32,000 nucleotides of DNA from Candidatus Nanohalobium constans (GCF_009617975.1 NZ_CP040089.1:870001-902000), one strand, 5' to 3'. Numbered from the stretch's first letter, positions 6,693 through 13,099 are shown. Program-made: numbers and translations. Notes: generated by a model from the letters alone, not told the origin.

Positions 6693-6967
6693 CGCATTGA
6701 ATTCACGGGAAAAGGACCGCTGATATATTGGCGTGCTTCGTCCCAGACATTAGAAAGTGAGTATGCAGCATCTCTCAAGTCCTGCATGGCCTCATCCTCA
6801 TCGCCATCCTCATATGTCTTCTGTACCGCTCCTATTTTTGGAACAGAATCTTGTTCCAGAGGTACTTCGGGATGATGGTCTGCCGCAGCAACTGCTTTCC
6901 GTGCTGGTTCAAGTACTTCATTGTATAACCGCCTTGCATGTTGTACAGGATCTCCTTGACCGCTCAT
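6638..6967 (-). CDS. Acidic hypothetical protein, or the N-terminal part of a frameshifted gene with 6483-6692
   Basis: 109 aa with an ATG start. Its last 22 aa (VNSMRCTAVKASVEKIKKDTKK) change abruptly to a basic composition, exactly where the second frame opens. Confidence 0.4.
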   Translation of the reverse strand: MSGQGDPVQHARRLYNEVLEPARKAVAAADHHPEVPLEQDSVPKIGAVQKTYEDGDEDEAMQDLRDAAYSLSNVWDEARQYISGPFPVNSMRCTAVKASVEKIKKDTKK

Positions 6968-7036
6968 ACGGAGAAAGTTGTGAGAAAAAAGTTATAACAT
7001 ATTATCGGATAAGTAAAAAGAAATGTGAAGGAAAAA

Positions 7037-7666
7037 TTATTCTTCGTGACCGTATACTCTTCTAAACTCTTGGTCTAATTCTGCTACTGCGATAGCTACT
7101 GCTCTTGCACCTTCTTCTACGGATTCCGGGCCCTGAGATTCTACTGAGATGAGATATCCTTCATCTGTTTCAGCCACATCTACATCAACATCAGTTCTCT
7201 GGTAAACTGCTTCGCGAGTATCTTCATCTGCAAAATGAGAAACAGGTACTTGGATATCGCTGGATGTGTCGACAAGTACTTCAGTAATCCTGTAATCTAC
7301 TCCTACATTTTGTGAACTGATTTCCCCATCTACAAGTTCTCCAACCATTGGAACAGCTTCAGCATCCCCATCATATCCCAGGATACCTTCCAGTTCATTT
7401 AGGATTGGATCGTAGACAGTATTCTGTGCAACTCCAGTTTCAAATACATCATAGCCTTGTGCTCTTAATGCTGCATTTCTATCCAGCTCTTCCTGTTCAA
7501 GACCATCTTGTTCCAATTCTTCTCCCGTAAGATTTTCCTCTGCATCAACTAAGAGCTCCTCTCCTTCCTCTTCAATTTCTTCTTCCGCTATCTGCTGTTG
7601 CGCATGATCTGAAGAAAGTTCTTCTACAGTTCTGCTCCCAAGATTGTCAGGATCAAATTCTGGCAT
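7037..7666 (-). CDS. Highly acidic hypothetical protein
   Basis: 209 aa with an ATG start. The N-terminal third is an E-rich low-complexity segment and the C-terminal half looks globular. I recognise no family. Confidence 0.5.
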   Translation of the reverse strand: MPEFDPDNLGSRTVEELSSDHAQQQIAEEEIEEEGEELLVDAEENLTGEELEQDGLEQEELDRNAALRAQGYDVFETGVAQNTVYDPILNELEGILGYDGDAEAVPMVGELVDGEISSQNVGVDYRITEVLVDTSSDIQVPVSHFADEDTREAVYQRTDVDVDVAETDEGYLISVESQGPESVEEGARAVAIAVAELDQEFRRVYGHEE

Positions 7667-7714
7667 AACAAAGAGAAAGTTGAAAGAAAAGCTTTATTTA
7701 GATATGCGTCAGTA

Positions 7715-8308
7715 CTAAAGTTCGGCTACTGCTTCTTCGAATTCGTCTAGCTCGTCTTTTATTTCTTGGATACTTTGTTGCAGTAGTTCTTTGTTTGTGT
7801 ATCCAGATGTGGATTCGATTCGGAATACGAATTGTCCGTCGTCTGTTTTCTGGTATCCGATTGTTCCTCCTTGGTGTTTGGCGTGTTCGTCTCCGGTGTT
7901 GAGTTCTGCTTCGCCTTCGAGTGTTAGTTCTTGTCCTTCTTTGAGTTCGACGATCAGTGCGTCCGGATTAACTGGTTCTGCTTCGTCGTTTCCTGCTTGG
8001 ATGTCGGATGCGTGGACTGCTGTTTCTCCTTCTTGCTGTACTGCGATGTGGACTGTGTCGTCTTCGTCGATGTTTTGCGGTATTGTCAGTGGGATTTGTC
8101 CCATTCTGTTGGCTAGTACTTCGTCGAAGAGACCGGATTCGTTCTGGTTGATGTGTAGTTCCTTGATTGCTAGTGTTGGGACTTTGGTCATCATGCTTCT
8201 TCGCAGTGCGTTTGCGACTGCTGGGTTAGCGTTTGATAGTTGTGCTTCAAGTACATCGTCTTCTTCGTTTAGAATTTCAAGTTTCACAGTTGAATCAAGC
8301 CTCTTCAA
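7715..8308 (-). CDS. rpoD: DNA-directed RNA polymerase subunit D (Rpo3), short Cys-free form
   Basis: The motifs NANPAVANALRRSMMTKVPTLAI and DEVLANRMGQIPL match the RpoD/Rpb3 dimerisation domain, and the gene follows S13-S4-S11 as in the canonical archaeal operon. The start is non-ATG: TTG at 8306-8308, or alternatively GTG at 8285-8287. The 197-aa protein contains no cysteine. Confidence 0.8.
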   Translation of the reverse strand: MKRLDSTVKLEILNEEDDVLEAQLSNANPAVANALRRSMMTKVPTLAIKELHINQNESGLFDEVLANRMGQIPLTIPQNIDEDDTVHIAVQQEGETAVHASDIQAGNDEAEPVNPDALIVELKEGQELTLEGEAELNTGDEHAKHQGGTIGYQKTDDGQFVFRIESTSGYTNKELLQQSIQEIKDELDEFEEAVAEL

Positions 8309-8347
8309 ATAGATAGTAAAGTTGTGTTTGGGGAAAAGAGCTGTTTT

Positions 8348-8734
8348 TTATACTCTTCTTCCTCTTTTTCCGCCTTTTTCTCTGCATCCGTCGTGCGGTA
8401 CCGGTGTTACATCTTCGATGTTGCCGACTTCGATATCTTCGTTTCTGGAGATTGCACGGATTGCTGGCTGTGCTCCTTGTCCAGGCATTTTCTGTTTCTG
8501 TCCTCCTGGTGCTCTTACTCTGATGTCGACTTTTTCGATTCCTTTTTCTTCTGCTTCTTCCATTACACGTTTGGCTGCTTTCATTGCTGGGAATGCTGAG
8601 CCTTGGAGTCGTCCTTTGTCTGTTGTCTGTCCTGATGTGATTCTGGACAGTGTTTCTGCTCCTGTTGCGTCTGTTAGATGGACGATCGTGTTGTTGAAGC
8701 TTGAGTAAATGTGTACAAGTCCTTTCTTAACCAT
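8348..8734 (-). CDS. rps11: 30S ribosomal protein S11 (uS11)
   Basis: [23 protein letters not shown]...[21 protein letters not shown] are typical uS11 motifs. Its start overlaps the S4 stop by 1 nt. Confidence 0.9.
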   Translation of the reverse strand: MVKKGLVHIYSSFNNTIVHLTDATGAETLSRITSGQTTDKGRLQGSAFPAMKAAKRVMEEAEEKGIEKVDIRVRAPGGQKQKMPGQGAQPAIRAISRNEDIEVGNIEDVTPVPHDGCREKGGKRGRRV

Positions 8735-9315
8735 TATTCATTCTCCTCCTGTTCTTGTTCTGTATCGTTTTCTTCTGCTTCCTCTTTGTCTTCGGATTCA
8801 GCGTCTTCCTCTTCTACTTCTTCAGGCTCTTCTTCTGTTTCTTCTTCATCTGGTGTTTCTGGGATTCTTTCTTCTAGTAGCTGTTCTTCTTCCTGTGTTA
8901 GGAGGTATCCCGGAGTGTTTACTCTTTCTCCGTCGATGTAAATGTGTCCGTGGACTACGAGTTGTCTTGCGTGTTTTGGTGTGTCTGCGTAGCCTTTTCT
9001 TTCGACGGCTGATTGGATTCTCCTGTCTAGTATATCTGTTACTTTTAGTGTGAGAAGTGCTTCAAGTCCTGCGTTTTCTCTGATCAGCCCTAGGTTGTTT
9101 ACACGGTCGATTACTTCTTGCTTGGCTTCTTCGTCTTCTTCTGCAACAAGTTTTCTTGCTTGTCTTCTGAAGCTTCTTAGCTGGCTTTGTGCCTTGTAGA
9201 TTTCTTTCTTGTTTTTGAGACCGTAGTCTTCCATTAGTTCTTCTTCACGGTCCATTCTTTCTTCGTTCCAGCCTTCGTTAGGCGTCTCGTATTGTTTTTT
9301 AAGTTTCTTTACCAT
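8734..9315 (-). CDS. rps4: 30S ribosomal protein S4 (uS4) with an acidic C-terminal tail of about 50 aa
   Basis: The N-terminus [54 protein letters not shown] and the S4 domain [28 protein letters not shown] identify uS4. The tail is [52 protein letters not shown]. Confidence 0.9.
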   Translation of the reverse strand: MVKKLKKQYETPNEGWNEERMDREEELMEDYGLKNKKEIYKAQSQLRSFRRQARKLVAEEDEEAKQEVIDRVNNLGLIRENAGLEALLTLKVTDILDRRIQSAVERKGYADTPKHARQLVVHGHIYIDGERVNTPGYLLTQEEEQLLEERIPETPDEEETEEEPEEVEEEDAESEDKEEAEENDTEQEQEENE

Positions 9316-9320
9316 TTATC

Positions 9321-9365
9321 GAAGCACCTCTGTGCTTCTGTTAATCTGAAAATCTCTGATTTTCA
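9321..9365 (-). promoter_or_regulatory. Two adjacent perfect stem-loops in the S13-S4 spacer; the first overlaps the S4 Shine-Dalgarno
   Basis: GAAGCAC (9321-9327) and GTGCTTC (9332-9338) form a 7-bp stem with a 4-nt loop. TGAAAATC (9347-9354) and GATTTTCA (9358-9365) form an 8-bp stem with a 3-nt loop. On the mRNA strand the first hairpin reads GAAGCACAGAGGTGCTTC, so the GAGGTG motif 8 nt before the S4 ATG lies inside it. Confidence 0.45.
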
Positions 9366-9377
9366 TCTTTGAGTCAC

Positions 9378-9860
9378 CTATTCGTCGTCTCCGTCTCCAC
9401 CGGCTGATGCTTCTTCCTTGATGGAAGCTGTGTCTACACCAACTTTTGAACCGGATCTGAAGCTGGATTTGGTTTTCTGTCCTCTGACCGGGAGACCGAT
9501 CTTGTGTCTCCATCCTCTGTATGTTCCTGTCTGTTTGAGTCTTCTGATGTCAAACTCTTCTTTGAGTTCTAGGTCTGATTCGATTAGGTGGCCGTTTTCT
9601 CCGGTTTCTCTGTCTTTTCTCCGGTTTCTGAGCCATTCAGGTACCTCTATCTGATCTGGATTCTTGATCGCTTCTTCTATTTCGTCTATTTTTTCGTCGG
9701 ATAGGTCTCCGATTTTTTCTTGGTTATATCCTAGTTTTTCTGCTACTGCGTTTGCGTACATATCGCCGACTCCGCTTAAAGCAGTTATAGCTTTGCCTAC
9801 CGGCTTTGTACCGTCGATTCCGGTTCGTGCAATTCTTACTATTTCTTTTGTTTCAGACAT
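9378..9860 (-). CDS. rps13: 30S ribosomal protein S13 (uS13)
   Basis: IVRIARTGIDGTKPVGKAITALSGVGDMYANAV...RRLKQTGTYRGWRHKIGLPVRGQKTKS are typical uS13 motifs. Confidence 0.9.
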   Translation of the reverse strand: MSETKEIVRIARTGIDGTKPVGKAITALSGVGDMYANAVAEKLGYNQEKIGDLSDEKIDEIEEAIKNPDQIEVPEWLRNRRKDRETGENGHLIESDLELKEEFDIRRLKQTGTYRGWRHKIGLPVRGQKTKSSFRSGSKVGVDTASIKEEASAGGDGDDE

Positions 9861-9955
9861 GAAAGATACCCGTGATTAGAGAAGTCCTGTTAAATTTTAT
9901 AAAGGTGGTAAACCCGTGGAAAGAAATTAAACCCGCGGTCAAAGAAACCTATACC

Positions 9956-10129
9956 ATGATCGAAAGAGACAAACTCAGGTACTTCTTCTCAGGAGGAATG
10001 TTCAGCCTAGGACTTTCCACAGCAGTTGCCGACATGAGCCCTTTCCTGGTTACAACTTGCTTCTTCATAGCATTCATACTTTCCAGAGACGAATTATGGA
10101 AGTTCGAAAGAAAGATGAGAGAAAAATAA
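9956..10129 (+). CDS. Small hypothetical membrane protein (57 aa from the internal ATG)
   Basis: The track ORF 9872-10129 starts at a GTG only 12 nt from the divergent S13 start. The ATG at 9956 is more plausible. There are two hydrophobic segments (FFSGGMFSLGLSTAVA and FLVTTCFFIAFIL), no SD and no recognisable family. Confidence 0.3.
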   Translation: MIERDKLRYFFSGGMFSLGLSTAVADMSPFLVTTCFFIAFILSRDELWKFERKMREK

Positions 10130-10143
10130 AGAGAGAAAGAAGA

Positions 10144-10428
10144 TTAGCGCTCATCTTCTTTCTTGATTAGGTGCCATCCGAATTCTGTCTTAACAGGGTC
10201 GGAGACTTCTCCTGTTTCCATGTCGAATACTGTTTCTTCGAACGGTTGGACCATCTCTCCTTTTCCGAAGAATCCTAGGTCGCCTCCTTTCTCACTTGAA
10301 GGACCTTCTGACTTCTCCCGTGCCATCTGCTCAAAAGTTTTATCACTCCGCTCCAGCTCCAGTTTGATCTGTTTAGCATGTTCTTTGCTGTCAACCAGTA
10401 TGTGTCGTGCCTTGACCTCTTCTGCCAT
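10144..10428 (-). CDS. Parvulin-type peptidyl-prolyl cis-trans isomerase (PpiC/Pin-like, single domain)
   Basis: 94 aa. ARHILV......A..I...L.......F..MA...S.GPS...GGDLGFF..GEMV.PFE..VF....GEVS.PV.T.FGWHLI is the canonical parvulin signature. Confidence 0.8.
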   Translation of the reverse strand: MAEEVKARHILVDSKEHAKQIKLELERSDKTFEQMAREKSEGPSSEKGGDLGFFGKGEMVQPFEETVFDMETGEVSDPVKTEFGWHLIKKEDER

Positions 10429-10466
10429 AATGATAATTGTGTTACTGGAATCTTTTAGTTAAGTTG

Positions 10467-10880
10467 CTAAAGTAGCTCCTTGGTAGCCGAGTAGTGCGCC
10501 ACTATATACCCAGAAAAGAATATTGACGACGCCAGAAATGTCGTTACAAGATTTTCTGATGCAACTGCAGGAACACCTATTATCATTCCAAGAACAAGAA
10601 TCAAACCTCCAGCTACAAGACCTACTGCTTCTTTCCTATTTTTCAAACCAAGTTTATTTCCTTTTTGATTCTGAGTATCTTTTCCATCAATGAATCTACC
10701 TGTTTCTACTTTATGGGCCGACAAATAAGCCGTCCAAACCACCAGAGTCGTGAAAAATAGATAGCTATAAGACGCAATTCTGGCTCGGACAGCTGTCAAC
10801 GCAAGTGAAAAAGATGCGATCAGTATCAATGCTGTAAAAGCCGTATACCTAAGGAAAGCTCTCTTCCTCTGCTTAGTCAT
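10467..10880 (-). CDS. Integral membrane protein with about 4 TM segments, paralog of 10877-11293
   Basis: 137 aa. The architecture matches its neighbour: two TMs, a charged loop with G-K-rich sequence, then two TMs. The C-terminal motif FFSGYIVAHYSATKELL compares with CFTGYLVAHQGINEVAI in the neighbour. An ATGA overlap links it to the upstream gene. Confidence 0.55.
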   Translation of the reverse strand: MTKQRKRAFLRYTAFTALILIASFSLALTAVRARIASYSYLFFTTLVVWTAYLSAHKVETGRFIDGKDTQNQKGNKLGLKNRKEAVGLVAGGLILVLGMIIGVPAVASENLVTTFLASSIFFSGYIVAHYSATKELL

Positions 10881-11293
10881 ATCGCCACCTCATTGATCCC
10901 TTGATGAGCAACCAGATAACCTGTAAAACATGCAAAACCAGATAAGAAAGCAAGCACCAAATCAAAACTAATTACAAGCTCAGCAAACAAGACAGTACCC
11001 TCTGCACACATCATAAGCCCAACAAAAATTAAGACAAGGTTTCTGAAACCGTCTTTAAGATATCCTGAAGATCCTTTCAGAGAACCAGTTTTCTCTGAGA
11101 TATCCTCAAAAGATTCAAATCTGTGAGCCCCAAGCCAAGAGACCTTGTAGCCTACAGATACAAGGACAAAACCGAAAAATACTCTGAAAACTGCCGCATC
11201 AAAAGCAGACGAAGCCACCAGAGCAAGCCCTGAAGAAGTCACAATTATACCTAACACCAGAGAAACATCCGAAATAAGGCTATCCTCATCCAT
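10877..11293 (-). CDS. Integral membrane protein with about 4 TM segments, paralog of 10467-10880
   Basis: 138 aa with an ATG start. It has hydrophobic segments and shares the GY(I/L)VAH C-terminal motif with the downstream paralog. Confidence 0.55.
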   Translation of the reverse strand: MDEDSLISDVSLVLGIIVTSSGLALVASSAFDAAVFRVFFGFVLVSVGYKVSWLGAHRFESFEDISEKTGSLKGSSGYLKDGFRNLVLIFVGLMMCAEGTVLFAELVISFDLVLAFLSGFACFTGYLVAHQGINEVAI

Positions 11294-11331
11294 CAGTACA
11301 AATTAGATTATGACCTCAGATTTATCTTACT

Positions 11332-11346
11332 AAAAAAAGGGGGGGG
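11332..11346. repeat. Homopolymer junction A7G8 (C8T7 on the coding strand) in the promoter region of the membrane-protein pair
   Basis: Read directly: AAAAAAA at 11332-11338 followed by GGGGGGGG at 11339-11346. This lies 46-60 nt upstream of the ATG at 11293. Confidence 0.7.
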
Positions 11347-11380
11347 TGCAAGAAATAAAGAAAAAAGTTCTTTCCTGCTT

Positions 11381-11578
11381 TCAGACTTCTTGGAGATCCG
11401 ATTTCAAAGCAGCCAATGGGATGTACTGTGCCAGGAACGCCGAGATAAACAAGGTGATCTCAACGCCTGTCTCTCCGATACCTGTCCCGAGAGCCACCAA
11501 ATGAACCCAATACAGTATCACAACGGTCGCTGCACCAATCAAGCTTATTCCAGCAGGACTAGGAATTCTCTCCTCCAT
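11381..11578 (-). CDS. Small membrane protein with two TM segments
   Basis: 65 aa. A strong GGTGGTGA Shine-Dalgarno lies 8 nt upstream of the ATG. Hydrophobic segments are ISLIGAATVVILYWVHLVALG and ITLFISAFLAQYIPLAAL. Confidence 0.5.
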   Translation of the reverse strand: MEERIPSPAGISLIGAATVVILYWVHLVALGTGIGETGVEITLFISAFLAQYIPLAALKSDLQEV

Positions 11579-11716
11579 AATTTAATTCACCACCCTATTA
11601 CCAGAAGAAGCTGAAAGTAAATCGATTATTACGGAAAGAAGACATCAATACATAGTATACAAAGAATCTTAATAAAAAAGGATTTACGGCTTTTATTTGC
11701 GATAAGAAGAGTAGTT

Positions 11717-11861
11717 TAGTCCCCCCAGGATTCGAACCTGGGTCTCCGGCTGTCTTCAACCAAAAAACGATGGCGCTTTTTGGTTGCCAAAGGCCGAAAT
11801 GAATTGTCCATCCAGAGAGGTCAAAACACTCTTAGATGTTTGACCACTACACCAGGGGACT
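11717..11861 (-). tRNA. tRNA-Gln (anticodon TTG) with two introns: about 37 nt between the D-arm and anticodon stem, and about 35 nt at the canonical 37/38 site
   Basis: Hand fold of the reverse complement: AGTCCCC-TG-GTGT AGTGGTCAA ACAT-C-[taagagtgttttgacctctctggatggacaattcatt]-TCGGC CTTTGG[caaccaaaaagcgccatcgttttttggttgaagac]A GCCGG-AGAC-CCAGG TTCGAAT CCTGG-GGGGACT-A. The A1-U72 pair fits archaeal tRNA-Gln. The span is 145 nt against about 73 nt mature. The second intron contains a 10-bp hairpin (CAACCAAAAA / TTTTTGGTTG). Confidence 0.75.
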
Positions 11862-11901
11862 ATTCTAGATAAGTGTGGTTGAGGAAATCTTAAAAACTTC
11901 T

Positions 11902-12453
11902 TTAGTTAGCATGTTCGTGATGTTCTTTTCTGTGGCAGTTAGCACATAGGACTATGCATTTTTCGATTTCTTCTTTTATCCTCTTCTTAGAAGTATTTTT
12001 CCGAGATACAAGATCTGTAACCGATGCTTCTTTATTTTCGGTATGATGGAAATCAAGACAAGCTCTGTGGTCTTCACCACATTTTTCACACTCGAAGTTG
12101 CTTTTATAACTCTTAAACCATTTCTTCAGTTTTTTAGTTCTCTCTTTAGTTCTGCTCTTTTCTTCTTCCCGATTTTTATAGTAATATCTCTGATATGGAG
12201 AGAGTTGACTCCAAGATTTATCATCTGGAATATTCACATCTTCTGGTTTTGGCTCAATTTGGCTATTCTGTCTGTTTTGGCTTAATCCAGCTTGCTTTTT
12301 GGCCTCATTCCACGACCCAAATTTTTCTACTATAGTTGACGCTGAAGAAGGAACAAAATCAGCGTCATTGTATTCTCTTATTGTTGGGCTGTGGCCTAAT
12401 TTAGCCTCGGCTTTTCTCAGCCCATCCAAACACTCTTTCTCCGAATAACTCAT
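11902..12453 (-). CDS. HNH endonuclease with an N-terminal homing-endonuclease-associated-repeat (HAR)-like module
   Basis: N-terminal ECLDGLRKAEAKLGHSPTIREYND....STIVEKFGSWNEAKKQAGL matches the HAR pattern as I recall it. C-terminal CEKCG....CLDFHH...........IKEEIEKCIVLCANCHRKEHH is an HNH Cys/His motif. The track ORF starts at a GTG (12459); I prefer the ATG at 12451-12453. Confidence 0.7.
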   Translation of the reverse strand: MSYSEKECLDGLRKAEAKLGHSPTIREYNDADFVPSSASTIVEKFGSWNEAKKQAGLSQNRQNSQIEPKPEDVNIPDDKSWSQLSPYQRYYYKNREEEKSRTKERTKKLKKWFKSYKSNFECEKCGEDHRACLDFHHTENKEASVTDLVSRKNTSKKRIKEEIEKCIVLCANCHRKEHHEHAN

Positions 12454-12510
12454 ACACACTGTTATTTGAACCCACTCTTATATCCAAATAAGAGAACAGA
12501 ATTTTGTAGC

Positions 12511-13068
12511 TTACAATACCGAGAGCTGCTGAAGATACCTTTCCAATTCCTTCTCTAGAGGTTCTACTTCTTTCCCAATAGCCCTTCTATGCATTGCCTC
12601 ATTATTTATTGAGAGGATGAATTGAGAGATATCTTCTATTGATTCACTGCCTAGGTCTCCTTCTGCTGTGTCGCGGAGGATTTCTTCTATTTTTTGTTTG
12701 TACATTTCTTCGAATTTGTGGAGTTTTTGTCTGTAGTCTGGGTTTCTGAGTCCTTGGGTTCTGAGTTCGATAAGTGTTTTGAGGAAGTCGTCTTGTTCGG
12801 GTAGTTTGAAGGCCATGAATGCTGCTGCTTTGAATTTTTCTTGGTCGTCTGTGCAGTTGCATGTGAATGCTTTGTTTTCGAAGTCTTCCAGCATGTAGTC
12901 TAGAAAGTCCAGTAGAAGTTCGTCTTTGCCGTTGTAGTGGTGGTATAGAAGTGATTTGCTTTTGTCGAATTCGTCGGCGATATTCTGTATGGAGAGCTCC
13001 GAGTAGCTGTGTTTGGCTAGTGCTTTCCTGGTTGCTTCCATTATCTCGTTTTTTGAATCATTGACCAT
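12511..13068 (-). CDS. TetR/AcrR-family transcriptional regulator
   Basis: The N-terminal HTH IMEATRKALAKHSYSELSIQNIADEFDKSKSLLYHHYNGKDELL is a canonical TetR_N motif. The gene is divergent from the RND operon. Confidence 0.85.
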   Translation of the reverse strand: MVNDSKNEIMEATRKALAKHSYSELSIQNIADEFDKSKSLLYHHYNGKDELLLDFLDYMLEDFENKAFTCNCTDDQEKFKAAAFMAFKLPEQDDFLKTLIELRTQGLRNPDYRQKLHKFEEMYKQKIEEILRDTAEGDLGSESIEDISQFILSINNEAMHRRAIGKEVEPLEKELERYLQQLSVL

Positions 13069-13072
13069 GTTG

Positions 13073-13090
13073 ACTGAACGTTCATTCAGT
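13073..13090. promoter_or_regulatory. Nested palindrome ACTGAACGTTCATTCAGT; candidate TetR operator in the divergent promoter region
   Basis: TGAACGTTCA (13075-13084) is a perfect 10-bp palindrome, and ACTGAA (13073-13078) is the reverse complement of TTCAGT (13085-13090). It lies 5 nt from the TetR ATG and just upstream of the TATA-like TTTTAAGA. Confidence 0.4.
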
Positions 13091-13091
13091 A

Positions 13092-13099
13092 TTTTAAGA
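13092..13099 (+). promoter_or_regulatory. Candidate TATA box for the RND operon (leaderless)
   Basis: TTTTAAGA ends 25 nt upstream of the ATG at 13125. Confidence 0.35.

Noticed and set aside
8322-9053. Plus-strand ORFs of 76-128 aa antisense to rps11 and rps4 (8322-8708, 8324-8599, 8709-9053, 8711-8941)
   Set aside because: They mirror GAA/GAG/AAG-rich r-protein genes, giving L/F/S/C-rich nonsense. The minus-strand products are unmistakable uS11 and uS4.
9316-9513. 65-aa minus-strand ORF overlapping the 3' end of rps13 and the S13-S4 spacer
   Set aside because: It is an alternate frame of uS13, Arg-rich and low-complexity, with no SD. It runs through the hairpin spacer, which is better explained as RNA structure.
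12644-12862. 72-aa same-strand alternate-frame ORF inside the TetR gene
   Set aside because: It is an R/P/Q/T-rich low-complexity translation nested fully in a well-supported TetR reading frame.
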